DNA of 61,853 bases, filler included, from Porpidia crustulata (taxonomy: Eukaryota): NCBI GenBank assembly GCA_964255105.1. It is 9 parts of 9 records of this genome, joined end to end, with 100 filler letters (N's around TTAATTAATTAA, not from the genome) between each part and the next. Parts side by side here need not be neighbours in the genome. Positions count along the whole stretch, not along the records: positions 20,708 to 27,504 come from CAXUWE010001458.1; positions 27,605 to 34,397 come from CAXUWE010001459.1; positions 34,498 to 41,276 come from CAXUWE010001460.1; 6 more parts are not named here. One strand, written 5' to 3'. The notes below the pieces were generated by a model, which was given only the letters and a program-made list of their open reading frames with translations, was not told the DNA's origin and did no database searches. Of this stretch, positions 25,683 to 38,831 are shown in pieces (positions within the stretch are counted from its first letter, which is position 1; each line of letters starts with the position of its first letter). A program made the position numbers and the translations under genes.

Positions 25683-26189
25683 TGCAGGAGAGGTGTGCTG
25701 GCTGGCAAAGGTCAATATCTAGCACAACATGGAGCGAACGCAGAACTTCAGAGGTGTATAGATGTCCGACTTTGTTATGATGGATAAATAAGTAGTAATT
25801 CGATCAGTAAGAGAATGGCTTGATGAGAAAAGGAGCGTTGAGACGCTGTTGACTTGTTGGACATTTTCCTTACGCGTCCCTACAAGGCTAGATTACAAAG
25901 CGTGACTACCCGGCAGACGGATGCCTCCGCTCCCCATGCCCACCATGAACCCCGAACAAAGTACTTCAACGCTATCCGGCTGGCCATCTTGCAGCCATTT
26001 CTGTACCCCTGTACATATCACCCTTCACCGACCGAGATGGACTTATAATCTTCAGTCTCCGGAGCTTTAAGCTTCAAATTGGGCCAGAGCAGAAGGCTCA
26101 GCCCGGATTGTTCCCCCGCACGCAATCGCCGAGCACGGAGACCTGCCTGCCAATCCCTCTCTTCGCAATTCTAGCACAAATTCGCTCCA

Positions 26190-26998
26190 ATGGCAACCAA
26201 AGAGTTCAAGAGAGCAGCGCGTTTGATCTTAGTCGGAGCCCCGGGTGTGGGCAAAGGCACGCAAGCGGAGCGTCTCATGCAGCGGTACCCCCAGATCTCC
26301 GCCGTCAGCTCGGGGGATCTGCTTCGGGAAAGCGTTCGCAACAGGACACCTTTGGGTATGCGTTTCACATAATTTCAAAACATGACCGACGAACCGTGGG
26401 TCATGCGTGAAGAGGTCATACCGTCTCTGACAGCCCTTCAGGTCTCCAAGCCGAAGGCGCCATGAAAGCAGGCAACCTCGTCCCAGACGACATGATCCTC
26501 AAGCTCATCCTCAACGAACTCAAAGCGAAGCGGTGGGTGTCGCCAAAGTCCTCCGTCAGCGACGCTCTGCCCGCCGAGCCTTCCGACAGCCCCGCTGCCT
26601 CGTTCATCTTGGACGGATTTCCCCGGACTTCGGCGCAGGCTTCTCGTCTCGATGCCCTGATTCCCATCAACCTCGTTATTTCTCTCATCACCCCCGTCGA
26701 GATCATCCTCAAGCGTATCGCCTCGCGTTGGGTTCATGCGCCCAGTGGTAGGGTGTACAATACCGACTTCAACGCGCCCAAAGTGCCCGGGAAAGATGAC
26801 ATCACCGGCGAATTGTTGACGAAGAGGGCGGACGATGACGAAGAGACTTGGAAGCAGCGGCTGAAGAAGTTCGACGAGACGAGCCAACCGTTGCTGGAGT
26901 ATTACGATAGCAAAGGGATACTATGGACGATACAGGGAAACAGCAGCGACGAGATAAGTCCCAAGCTCTTCCAGGAATTTGAACGACGTTTTGCCTGA
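26190..26998 (+). CDS. ADK2: Mitochondrial GTP:AMP phosphotransferase (adenylate kinase 3 type); one intron
   Basis: P-loop [25 protein letters not shown] and LID domain [29 protein letters not shown]. Confidence 0.92.
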
Positions 26999-27418
26999 GC
27001 TTTCTTTTAATGGTACATGTACATTGTTTTGTCCATTAAGCGTTCAGCGAGTTTCGTCTCGGAGGATTTCTGTTTTGAGAGCGCGTCAGAACTGAGGGGC
27101 TATACTACTCAGATATAATGGCTGTACAAACTTCAACATATATAATTTCGGATGCTGCATCTCAATGCCAATAGCAAAACGAGTTGATCAAGGATAACTC
27201 GGCTCCGTCTATCCTGCTTAGCCACACCTCGATTCCAGATCAGAATATCCGCTGAACACGGTTGGGCATGAGCGATGATGCGTTCCACATCGATATCAAA
27301 CAAAGTATCCGAGCTCCTAGCGTGCGCTTGCCTGGCACCGGAGCCAGCCCCAATCTCCAGAACAACGCCGCCCGCTTCCTGTTATTACATTACAGATACA
27401 CCGTGCGCCCCCTCTTCA

Positions 27419-27504
27419 TCATCCTCCACCCTCCTCTTCATCATCGTCCGGCAAACCCGCCACCAGCGCCTCCACCTCCTCAATTAACTCATCAATCCCC
27501 AGCC
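27419..27504 (-). CDS. Probable last codons of a gene entering from the contig end
   Basis: Minus frame reads LGIDELIEEVEALVAGLPDDDEEEGGG* (TGA at 27419-27421), convergent with ADK2. Confidence 0.35.
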
Positions 27505-27604
27505 NNNNNNNNNNNNNNNNNNNNNNNNNNNNNNNNNNNNNNNNNNNNTTAATTAATTAANNNNNNNNNNNNNNNNNNNNNNNNNNNNNNNNNNNNNNNN
27601 NNNN
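27505..27604. other. Artificial contig spacer
   Basis: N44-TTAATTAATTAA-N44. Confidence 0.99.
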
Positions 27605-30600
27605 GCATGGCGCTGACGAGGTCTTTGGCTTCCCACTGGTAGTCGCCGAGGTTGGCGAGCTCGTCGATGTTGTAGGCGCCTTTGACGATGTTGGCTTCGC
27701 GCATGTATTTGCCGTCCTTGTCGAACGGATGGTTGCCGGATGTGAGGACGTAGTAGAACACGCAGCCGAGGGAGAAGATGTCGATGGCACGGGTGGCGCG
27801 ACGGTTGGTTTGCGGGTCCAGGACGAGGGGTTCGGAGCCGCGGTCGGAGGAGGTCGAGGGGAGTGGCGGAGAGGTGGCGAGGTCTTCGTCGACGAGGAGT
27901 TCGGGAGCACGCCAGCCAGAGGTACCCGCGGCGTGGGCGGTGGTCGCGCGAAAGGAGTTTTGATCGCCTTCGAGTTTTTTGCACAAGCCAAAGTCGGATA
28001 TGAGAATCCGAGGTGGCTGTACCGTAGAGGTTATGAGGGGTAGAAGTTTGGGAGCCGAAACGAGAATGTTTTGGGGTTTGATGTCTCGATGAACGATTTT
28101 GAGAGAATGCAAGTACTGGACGCCAGCAGTAATTTGTTTGAGCACGTCAGGCAGGTCGAGATTGGGCCCGATGAGATTCGGGTAGGTGTGGGGTTTTTCA
28201 ACGACGTCTTGAAGCGAGGCCGGGCAGAGTTCGAGGGCGATATAAAGGAACTCGCCAGCAGATTCCTTGTCGAAGTAACGTATTACGTTCGGATGATCGT
28301 CACTCTCTGTAAGTAGGCCCACTTCATGCGATGCAATTTCATAAAACTCCTGCAGCATGCGTTTCACTGCCACGTCCCTGTTACCGAAAGACCCTCTAAA
28401 TACCATCGTCCCATGGCTTCCATGTCCGAGAACGGTATCTGTATAGACTTTCAAGTGCCCAATCTGTATGACGGGTCCGTTCACGTCTGTCATCTCTGTA
28501 GGGCTGATAGTCTTGACAAGGGGTTCTATTTGCGGCTCTTTCGGAAGCTGCATGATCTCCTGTACTTTCTCATCAATTTCATCTCTCTGCTCTTGGTTGC
28601 TCTTCTTGCGATGCTTGGCGCCACCTCTCATACCCCGACGAGCCTTCTTTTTTCCTACCTTCGCGGAGTTTGGCCCTTCCTCCTCGTTGGGGGCCGGAGA
28701 GCGCTCCTCAAATCGGACTGCTTTCTCGATTACATTCTCATCCCGTCCACGGGCGTCTTCCAAGGTATTGGCGCGACTGCGTGCTGCTGGAGGTGGCTCC
28801 AGCAAGGTAGAGCGTCTTGATATCGTTGGGGTCATGTCGCCATCCTCCCGTTCGAGCGCTTCTCCGATTTTATCCATGGCAGCTGGTAATTGCTCTTCAG
28901 TCCACGGCGGCTGAGCAACAATCGGAGATGAAGGCATGGATGCCAGAGACTTTTCCACTGGGACAAGAATTTCTTTCAGCTCTAGATTTTGCTTTACAAA
29001 TCTTAGAATGGTTCTCCTGTTAACTCCGACAAAGGCAGCGAAGACAATGACAATCAGCGACACGATTATGTCCGCAAAGTTCTCAGCAGCACTTCCGATG
29101 ATCTTGCTCTTTCTCAATACCGGAAGTGAAGTCAAAGGGGAAATTGCAGTATAAATGCTCACGGGCCCATCTTCCTTGACCTCGGGTACTGATGCTGAAC
29201 CGGAAATAGTTAATCCACTTCCTCTCCACTGATCAATTTCTGCAACAGCATGGACACCTACGAGACCTTCTTGACGTTGAGCGAGACCAAAGGATGGCGT
29301 CGAAGTAGTCATCTGAATCCAATCTTTGTCATAACATTGTGCGGGCTTGGCTCTCCCTGTTACAAGGGGGTAGGTATTCTCAGACATTGCAAACCAACCC
29401 CCTGCTTCGGTATGGTTCACAAAGATGCGGTTTCGACCACCGAATGAATTATAAAGATCTGCATTGTCGACAGGTCCAACCGGCTGCGGTAAGACAATTA
29501 GTTGAGTGTCACCACCATCCATGTCCAGAGGCCGGGCCACGTCAAAGACTCTGACCACAGGCGAAGGAAGTTTCTGCGTGTAGGATCTTTGTCGGTCGGT
29601 CAGCTGTGCGTAGTCCCACCCGAAGATGCTTCCATCGTGGAGCGAATAGACATATTTGTTATCCATAGTCGACGAGTACTGACTGGACAAGTCTTCGTCT
29701 CGTGTGTTCGGTCCCCACTCGGAGTACATCAAAGTGCAGATAGGCTCGGTCGTGTCTCGATTTTGGATTGTGATGGTGTATTCAGTGCGTCCGAGCACAA
29801 AGGAATCAATTGGACCGCATTCTTCTTCATCAAGACCTTCAAGACCACTTACCTTTGGGCAGCTTTGGTGGTATCGACCAAGGGATCGTCCAGCGCCAGA
29901 ACCAAAGATCTTGGTGATACTGCCCGTGCTAGCATCTACAGTGTACAGCCTCGTCTTCTTTTCTGCATTATAGACCACAGCAGGATCTATACTCTCATAT
30001 GGCGACATATCTTCGACTAGTTGCTTGACCGTCAGGTGCAGTCTTTGTAATCCACCATTGTGACCTTGATTGTAGATGTAAATGTCTCCGTCTCTGCTCG
30101 GCTCGACGATCCACAAAAAATCGTACTCTGTACTCGATCCATCGAGATTCGACTTGTTCTGCGGATGATAAATCGTCTCGACCATCGGTCTGTCCACTTC
30201 CAGCTCCCATCTTGGAGATCCCGTTTTCCGATCTCTTGCATGTACTGACCCATCCACGGTCGCCAGGAGTATGAAGTCCTCAACTTCCCAATCCTGCAGA
30301 GACCGCGCATTATGCGGCGAGGATATTCCAGCACTCTTGCCGGAGCCTCTGACAGGTTGGAGAGCTCGTACGGCACGGTTGTCGGCTGCCGGAGCTACGG
30401 TTGTTGCGATAGCGCTCGCTCTTTCGTGGTTCAATGAAGTATCTTTGAGATGTTTGTAATTGGTCGTATCATAGCGATTCTGATCCCGAGGCGCTCCGGG
30501 TGACCCGGAAGGTACACGACGGTCAGTACCAGGACCTTCCTCGTGAGGTGATTTGCGATAATATTGCTGCTCCGATTGCTGCGATGCCACAAGCAGTGGA

Positions 30601-30665
30601 AAGACCAACAATGAGGCAGTAAACGCTGAAATTACGGCCTTGCCTGCGCCGGTTTTGTAACGCAT
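27605..30665 (-). CDS. IRE1: ER stress sensor kinase/endoribonuclease; 3'-truncated (KEN RNase domain lies off the contig)
   Basis: Signal peptide, luminal domain (LLATVDGSVHARDRKTG), TM helix, and kinase with GHGSHGT, VAVKRM, ESDDHPNVIRY, HRDIKPQNILV, ISDFGLCKKL and GTSGWRAPE. Confidence 0.96.
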
Positions 30666-32388
30666 ATTTGTGGGTGAGCTGACCGTCAGCCTCTGCCTAG
30701 GCAGCAACTGTAGTCAGTCAATGAAATAAAAGATTCAACGTTAATCTGCTGGCGACAGCAATAGATCACACATCCTCATGGATATGCCCATAAGGACATC
30801 AAAGATAGGCGTCGAAGTAATGAGTTATATAGGAAGAGATGGAAAGGGTGGAGGGAAGGAATGAGAAATGGGCACAGCAAGGACTTTTATCGCATACGAA
30901 TCTCACAGAGGATGCTGTACCCAATTATGTTACACGCTAGAGCCGGAGCTGAACCGTAGTATCTGAAGCCCACCAATCAGACGTGGTACTGGGGAAGTGA
31001 CTAAGCCAATAGGGCTCATCTAAGGCACGCTGTCCCGCTTAGGCTAGCTGGATAGTCCCGCACGTTCGAACAAGCGCCTAGTGCAGTCCCGCGGGTGTTT
31101 CGAACAGTAAGGCAAGGGAGTTTCCAAGACCAACGACGACCAAGATATCTCAAATTTTCAGAATCCATGTCTCTCGCTCCAAAGTGATTATGATAGCATG
31201 TAAACGGTGTGTAGGTCGACAACCGTACCTGCTATCATGAAGGAGGGTGCGATGTGCTACGTCGGAAGCAGGAAGAAGGATTCGAGGCAAGCGGCGTGCG
31301 CAGGAGCGCAGAACGCCGCGAGGATGATCCTTTGGTTCTCCAGCAGCGCCACGTACGACCAGGAAGTCCACCAAATCGTTGACGTAGTACAGACTTCGCC
31401 TGGTTGGATCATTCGTTCTGTGCTTCAATTGTCGCCTGACATTTGTGTGACAAGAATGAATATCAAGATGATTCTCTCTTGTTTCAAGAGCCTTACATGC
31501 TTGTTAACTGGAGGTACAATCCAACGTAGTTAATCCACATCACAGTCTCAAAAATGCCGTGTTCAAACGCAGAATCTGATATATTGTCTTTCGTTGCACG
31601 GACTGCGCCACATTTTCCATACTTGTACACTCATCAGGAATCATCTCGACCACGCAAACTATTTCTCGTGCCCTGTAGAACGAGCAGAATCAAACACTCT
31701 CTACGGAAGTCACCAACACTTGCCTGCCCACGCTTGTAAACTATTCTCCATACTTTTTATTACGTTTCTTATCACCATACATACAAATTTTCTCTCAAAT
31801 ATTCTACTCTAAATACAAGCGATCTTGTATATCGTCTGCAAAACCTAACAAGCACATCTTCAAATCTCACGAATTACTTGGGCGGGCGCGGCATCTCGAT
31901 CCAAAAAAAAAAACGCAGGAGAGGGTAGGGACGAGGCACGGTGTATCACTTCGACGGGATGGGTTTGGCTTTGCGTTTGTGTTCACGTCGGAGGTCACGG
32001 GACTGCTGGGATGAGATTTCGCAGTTGGGACCAGCGGCGATGAAGCCGAGGGTTCTTTCATCAGGGTTGTTGGCGTTTGGGATAGTTGTTTGTGGTGGAT
32101 TGGTATATATATGACGTGGTGGATATAGATTAAGAGGTCTGCGGATAGTTTCTAGGGGGATGAATAGATGGGGAGTTGGAGGCGGCGGGGAGAGGTTTGA
32201 CTATGAGTAGGGAGGCGCATGGGCGATGATCATGAATGCGCGCTTGCGGCTTTTTTGAGTCGTGGAAGTGAGGCGAGGTGTGGAGTGAGAAACTGGCAAG
32301 TCATGCGCATCCACGCTAGATGCTCTAAAACGCCATTCAAATGCTTTCATCGTAGGGGGAATCACATGTCTAAAGTATACAGAATGCT

Positions 32389-34145
32389 TTACATCCGTTC
32401 CCGCTTCCGCGGCGCCGACCGTATGATGTTGTCCACCCTTAGCAGCAACTAAAGGCGGGTCAGCAACAGTTCCACAACAAGTATCAATGATATGTCATGG
32501 GAATTTTACCTCCGCGGCCTCCGACGCCGATGACACGACCGCGCGTTTCAGCTTGTAGCTCTCGATGACCCCCAACTCGCGCATGTCCGCGATACCACCA
32601 CCCGGTGTCAGCAGATCCAAGCCAGAGCCCGTCATGCCCTTGTAGATTTCCTTCTTCAGCCGGGCCACGAGATCGCTCGAGTCGAACCCGGCGTTGTCGG
32701 CGAGGATGGTGGGAAGCTGCCGGAGTGCGGTGGCGAAGGCGTCGACGGCGATGGCCTTTTTGCCGGTGACGTTAGGGGCCGCCTGCTCAACAGCTTTGGC
32801 CATGACCATTTCGGCGCAGCCGCCGCCGAGGGTGGTTTTGGGCTCGAGCACGGTTTGCGAGAGCACGGCGAGGGCGTCGTGGAGGGATCGTTCGGCTTCG
32901 TCGAGGAGCTGCTCGGTGGCGCCGCGGAGGACAATGGTGCAGGCTTGGCCGGCTGCGACGCCGGAGAATTTGATGAGGGTGTCTTCACCGATGATGACTT
33001 CCTCAATCAGGTCGCAGCGCCCCAGCTTGACGCTTTCGGGGTGGTCGAATGTTGAAGCGATTTCGCCCCCAGTGACCAACGCTAATCGCTCGATCCCATC
33101 AAAGTCTGCGTGTTCTATCGATATGATGCCCGCATCCGAAAAGAGCTGTTCCGGCCAGTTATAGATGAGTTGCCGGTTCACAAAACAATTAATCCCATGC
33201 GCCTTGATCTTCTCTACTTTCGCCTTCATCTTTTCTCGTTCGGCCTTCTCCAGCTCCGCCAGTTTCCCGGTTGACTCAACCTTTACTCGCGCGCCAAATA
33301 TTTTGATCTTGTCTGTGTCCATAGCAGTATTAGCTACCAGTATTTTTGCATTCTCTAATCTCTTCGATTGATTCACGCCTATTCGCTTGTCCAAAATAAA
33401 ACCCTCATCAAGGTATGAATCGCTGAGTTTGCCGCCTGCTTTCTTGATAATCTGGATATGACTTAAGTCTGATGACCCCCGCATCCTCAGTACTGCATTG
33501 CATGCCAGCTCTGCAAAATGTTTTCGGTCTTGGCTTAGCACTTTCGAGCTTAGTGTAGTCCGAGCAATTGCCAATAAATCTTTCCGGAACGCTTCCTTGT
33601 CTTTACTGTGATCGACAGCAGTCTCTGCCAACGCGGACAGCGCCACATGACTTGCTATTCGGTAGCCTTCAATAATGGTTTGGGGATGTATCTTCTTATC
33701 TACAAGCTTCTCTGCCTCTCGCAATAATTCTGCCGCTAGCACCGTGACTGAGGTTGTACCATCCCCCACCTCATCGTCTTGAACTTTTGAAATATTTACA
33801 AGAACCTTTGCTGCAGCGTTGTCGAGAGCGATTGCCTTGAGGATAGTTGCCCCGTCATTTGTGACCATTATTTCACCTGTCGAACTACACCACAGGTAAG
33901 ATGGAGCATGTTGAGAGTGATCCGCATTCGACATACGCTGACTGCAATATCTTGTCCATGCCTTTGGGGCCCAACGTGCTCTTTACCAGATCCCCAACGG
34001 CAATTGCACCAACAAAAGCTGAGAGACGCGCATTCTCGCCTTTCTCCTCTGTAACCTCGTCTCCAAATATCTGAGTGGGATTAAACGCTGCCTGGTATCT
34101 GTTAGATCATTGATTACAATCGTTTTTGATGCGATCAAGTACCAT
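32389..34145 (-). CDS. CCT2: Chaperonin CCT/TRiC subunit beta, 4 exons (first exon is ATG only)
   Basis: [53 protein letters not shown] and ERSLHDAL; C-terminus [18 protein letters not shown]. Confidence 0.96.
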
Positions 34146-34343
34146 ATTGGATTCCCTGATGCAATGTTAATTACACCTGCCTCGGAGATTTCAGTAGACG
34201 CGGACAGATAAGGACGCGCCTGATTCGTGATGGTCTCGACGCCGTCTTTCGAGGCCTTCTCACTGTTAATTTTTAGCACTTGGAAGCGAAACGAATTTAA
34301 CGGTATTGATCGGTAATTTTGCGCAAGTCAGCGCGTCGGGTAT

Positions 34344-34388
34344 TACTCGTTCCCACCCCCAAACGGTCCGCACCCCCAAACGGTCCGC
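34344..34388. mobile_element. Probable DNA-transposon/MITE terminus (Tc1/mariner-pogo-like TIR) at the contig end
   Basis: TA, then CTCGTTCC, then a perfect tandem 17-mer CACCCCCAAACGGTCCG x2 (34354-34387). The first 25 nt match 41196-41220 at 22/25 positions. Confidence 0.55.
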
Positions 34389-34397
34389 GCTAATTAA

Positions 34398-34497
34398 NNN
34401 NNNNNNNNNNNNNNNNNNNNNNNNNNNNNNNNNNNNNNNNNTTAATTAATTAANNNNNNNNNNNNNNNNNNNNNNNNNNNNNNNNNNNNNNNNNNNN
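34398..34497. other. Artificial contig spacer
   Basis: N44-TTAATTAATTAA-N44. Confidence 0.99.
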
Positions 34498-34902
34498 GGT
34501 GGGGGCGGTGGTGGTTGGAAACCGTCAGCGGCTTTGGAGACTGGTGATTGAATCGGAGCTGTAGTAGGTGTCGACACTGATACGCTTGCTGGAGAGCTTG
34601 ATGGAGCCGCAGTAGATGCAGAATTGGTGTACTCGGTCGAGGTAGAGACTGGTTTGCCGTTCTGGTCCACATAGACGACAATATCCTCAGCGTCCATGGT
34701 AGCATAAGCCACCGCCGTGTTAGTATCTGTGACAACGTTCGTGACCGTCACATCCTGGCGTTTTGCATGTTTATGTTGCTGTTGGCCTAACACTCGTTAA
34801 CATGGGTTTCGTTGCCGGGAGATGGACAGTCTCACGATGAGGCTGCGGTACAGCAAGCTGTACCAATGACAGCGTAGCGAAACAGAAGAAACCAGTCTTC
34901 AT
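34498..34902 (-). CDS. 5' part of a secreted Ser/Thr-rich cell-wall protein (N-terminus resembles GH17 Scw4/Scw11-type glucanases)
   Basis: MKTGFFCFATLSLVQLAVPQPH signal peptide, one intron, His-rich pro-region with a KR Kex2 site, VVYVDQNGKPVST, then an S/T/P linker. Any catalytic domain is off the contig, so the family is only inferred. Confidence 0.6.
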
Positions 34903-36389
34903 TCTGCAGTTCTCACGATGGTTGTCGAAAAGGTCGCGGACTCGGTACGTTGGATACTCGAATTATCACCGCTCAACGGTAGGTAAAGGGTCGAAGTTTG
35001 AAGATTCGCAGTGGGATGCCACAGGCAAGGGATTCGGGTTCAGAAATGTAAACAATGAACACGCAGCTGTCTTTGTCTAACAATGAAACCGCGCTCAAAT
35101 GTCTTCGTTGCTAGCGCGACACGACTGGTATGTAACCAATGCGATATCAATGCCTGCGTAGTGGTGGATCTTTACCAGTGCCGGTACTTGCAAAAGGATT
35201 GTCGGTGAGAACAGTCAATATTCTCGTGATGCGTTTTCCAAAGGAGTGTGTTGGGCGATCAAATGCGTCCCTGACGCCGGCAACAATTTATTCTTGACAA
35301 GAGCGCTGAGAGTGAATTGAAACTCGAAGGAAAGAAAGGTAGAAGTTAGAAGAGAGGAATGTTAATGAGCGTGGAGTGGGGGCGTGTTGATTGTTTCACC
35401 GAGGTCGAAGGGCGGCAAGAGCAGTGGAGGGGCCTATCTAATCATTCCTGATGAGGGAAAGGTAAGGTACAGCGCGGTATGGTACCTGGAGTTTCATACA
35501 GGATGCAGGAACAAAGGAAGATCTCCCGTCCATTCACCGTTCCAGACATGTCACTGGTGAGCTGTCCTTTTGATCCTTCCGGAAGAAAGCCACAAAGAAA
35601 GGAAAGCGCATGTGATCTCGTGGCAGACTTGGGATTGGGTTTGGGGGCTCGCATGTTCGATACCGCTCATGCGATGTTAGAAGCTACGTACCTATTAGCC
35701 CCCGACGATAACATTGACGGCGTCGTAGCGAAGATGATGGCCATGGAGCCTCTGCAGTTGGCGGCAGACTGTATGTACATCTACACTATTAAGTTTATTA
35801 TTTACTATATCTATAAATCTTTATGCGGGCGCTTGTCGTCAAACTGGTCGCACCCTTCACCGATGATTGGTTGGGATAACTTCCCCCTTTTCCCGCACGG
35901 CACAGTCAGTCCCCCCTTGTCAATCTGCCAGTACTCGCTACCTGTCACGCCTGTGTAGACAGTGTGGTTTTACCCGTGCGTCGGCCCTTTAACCGTAGGG
36001 CTTGGTCACGTCTACTGCTTGGCCGGGATTGCTCCCAGAGAACACTGCATCTGTCACGCGCTACCCTTCCGCCAGTCGGGACCATTTTGGTGGGGAGGAC
36101 TGTGACATGACAGGTGCTGTGCACTTGGTTGTTGGTACCTTCACAAAGCTTTGCCACACGGTATCCAGGTACCCATTGGTACGAGGAAACCTCCGCTGAG
36201 GTTCATGGCCGTTATGAAATATCCTTGAACACTGCTTCTTTCTGGAGGTAATTCTACGCTTTCTTTCAGAGCAGTATGGAATATGGTGGACTAAACAAAA
36301 CAAGCATGGGTACTCAAGCCCCGGCCTAGAATTTCGGGTCTGGGTATGCATTAGGTATTGTTATATTTTGTAGACGAATCAGCCTGCCT

Positions 36390-38131
36390 TTATCTCCTCT
36401 TATTGACTATTTTGGTAATCGCATGCCTGATGATGATCCCCGCTTTCTCGATCTCCTTCTTGCTCAGTCCAGTGGTGATGCAGACTTTGAGCGCCGGCTG
36501 CAGCTCCCAGCCGATATCTTTTGCCGTTGCGTTAATGGCGCGAGGCATGCTCTTGAGCCGGGTGATCAATACTCCGTTTGTCAATGTCTGAAAAGCCTAG
36601 GTAAGCAAGCGGTCTCGGCGAGAGCGGTAGACCGTACGAATCTTACCTCGTCGACAACGTCCTGCAATAACTGTTCTTGATCGCTTGTGCTCAGCTTCTT
36701 GTTTGCAATCACGTCTGGTTTCAGTGCAAGGAGCATGATGGGATTCTCAATCGAGCTAGTACAGTGTACCCAATCGCTTCGAGGGTCGAGCTGTGCCCAC
36801 ATGCTTTTAATGTTCTCCCGCGCTGTTGCCAGTATGTCTGGGTTGTTCTGTAACATGAGTAGCACCTCGCTCGCGGTAGTGGCTAGCATTGCAGGTAAAG
36901 CGGCGGAAAAGGTATATGAAGCAGCCGATATACGCTGGTGCTCGCAAATTTCTTCCGAGCCAGCACAAAAACCGCCACCGGCACACAAAGGGCCCGCCAG
37001 TGACCCGATGATCATATCGACCTCCATAGCGTCGACATTCTGCTGCTCCGTAACTCCTCTGCCAGTCCGGCCTAGCACGCCATAAGACCAGGTCTCGTCA
37101 AGGATGAGTCGGAACTTATACCGGGATTTGAGATCGATCTGTTACTTCTCATAAGCTTGATACGGTCTCTGCCCGACCTCATGTACGTACGAGTTTTGGT
37201 AAATCCACCATGTCTCCCACGTTCTCAAACAATCCCTCAGTTACTATGAATCTTCTCGTCAACGGTTTCTTCGCCTGCTCCCGCGTGACCCGCTCCAGTA
37301 CTTTTTGCATGTCCTCCATATCATTATGTTTATACCATCGTACTGTACTCCGGGATATTTGGATGCCTTTTCGAATAGCGTAGTTGACGGCCTCATCGGC
37401 AACAATGATATCCCCTCTTTTGGAAAACGCAGGTATGACACTAGGTATCGTGGAGAAGGCTTGCGCATATACGATACAAGCCGGTGCCCCAATGTGCGCT
37501 GCTATGTCCGCCTCCGTTTTCATATGTACGTCCTGTGTCCCGTAGAAACCTGGCGGACCGCAAGGACCCACGCCATATGTCCTCAAGGTTTGTATCGCTT
37601 TCTCCTTAAGAGTCTCGCTCGCAACGAGGTTGTAGAAGTTGTAGGATGCAAGATTTGTTACCGTTCGCCCATTTGATAGCTTGGATTTGGGTCCAGTAGG
37701 CCTGAGATACCGTCAGTCAATAACGTATGGCGCCAGCACGCATGACTAACCCAACAACCACCGGTCGTTTTTCATTCTCAGCTTCCTCAAATGCGGATTG
37801 AGGTGCTACTAAAGGATCAGGGGTCCAGTCGTCCACCAGCTCGTCAATCTCCTATTCCGAGAGTCAGAGATCGCGACAGCAATAGAATCCGGCTGCAAAC
37901 CTCGTCGGACAAAGTCACGTAGCTCTTCTTCTGTGTCGAGTACTTAGGTGCGAGAAGGTACCTGACGGCAAATAAGAAGAGAAAGAGCTCAACGGCTGAC
38001 CGCACCGGATCGTTCTGGTAGCTCGATTTGATGTATCTCAGGAGGATTGCTGAGCCGGGAACTTTCTGGAATTGGATAGACACTTCATTCAAGACATCGG
38101 CGAGCCAGCTTTGAGCGTCTAGCAAGTCCAT
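36390..38131 (-). CDS. LCB1: Serine palmitoyltransferase subunit 1, 5 exons
   Basis: SSYQNDPVRSAVELFL, YGVGPCGPPGFYGTQDVH, IPAFSKRGD, RRFIVTEGLFEN, GRTGRGVTE and HQRISAASYTFSAALP. Confidence 0.95.
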
Positions 38132-38831
38132 TGTCCCAGCCAAGGTCTGGGGGTTCTACGGAGTCTCGCGAGGTGATGTTGACTAAGCGGAGATTTGTTC
38201 GAGGGCTTGCTTGTGATTGGCTGAAAGGCATCCCGCAGGTGGTATCCCTCCACCCCTCCCACACATCCATCCAACAGACGGACGCATAAGACTACGCTTT
38301 CGATGCTGAACTCATATTAATAGTCGCAATACAGCAAATCTCATGTCATGGTAACAACATTGATATCAGTGTGTCTGAATGCAAAAGGTCTAAACCATCA
38401 CAGCGCGCGTACGAGAAAGCAACGCTACAGACCAATGGAATATCACCAGTCTGTTGAACAGCTCAACGATACTCATCTGTCTACTAGATTTGGCCTGCAC
38501 TTTTATCTTCCACCATCTTTATCAGCTACGAATCAAGCCTACTGCGTCGTTCTACTTGTCATCCACTTTGTCCGTGCGTGCGCTTCTTTTGCGACGATGT
38601 CCCTGCAGGGTCCAAAGAGATCTTGGATGTATGGTTTACCAGAGTATCGCATCTATCCGTAATTTCAGGGTTCCCTGCCCAGATCTGGTGGTACACGACC
38701 AATTCTGTTCTCAAGCTTAAAAATTGCGCCAATATGAAGACCCTTCAAAGGATAAAGCCATTTGACACACCTTCATTCTCCTTAACGCAAGACACACATG
38801 TATACTGCAGAGTTCGTCTTCATTGTTGCTT

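Noticed and set aside
27605..27700. IRE1 apparently lacking its RNase domain
   Set aside because: The ORF simply runs off the contig end.
31150..31533. GC-rich patch with overlapping 92-108-aa ORFs upstream of IRE1
   Set aside because: No recognisable motif and no convincing start or splice structure in any frame.
31867..32061. 64-aa ORF after a TATA box with 'SCVFF', resembling a CAAX pheromone precursor
   Set aside because: No stop follows the CVFF; the Phe run is just the T11 homopolymer.
32010..32064. CTGATGA...CGAAA on the minus strand, like a hammerhead ribozyme core or C box
   Set aside because: Stem II cannot close (A opposite C), no stems I/III found, and no downstream CTGA D box.
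35479..35958. 159-aa ORF
   Set aside because: No protein-like features; lies in the upstream region of the divergent cell-wall gene.
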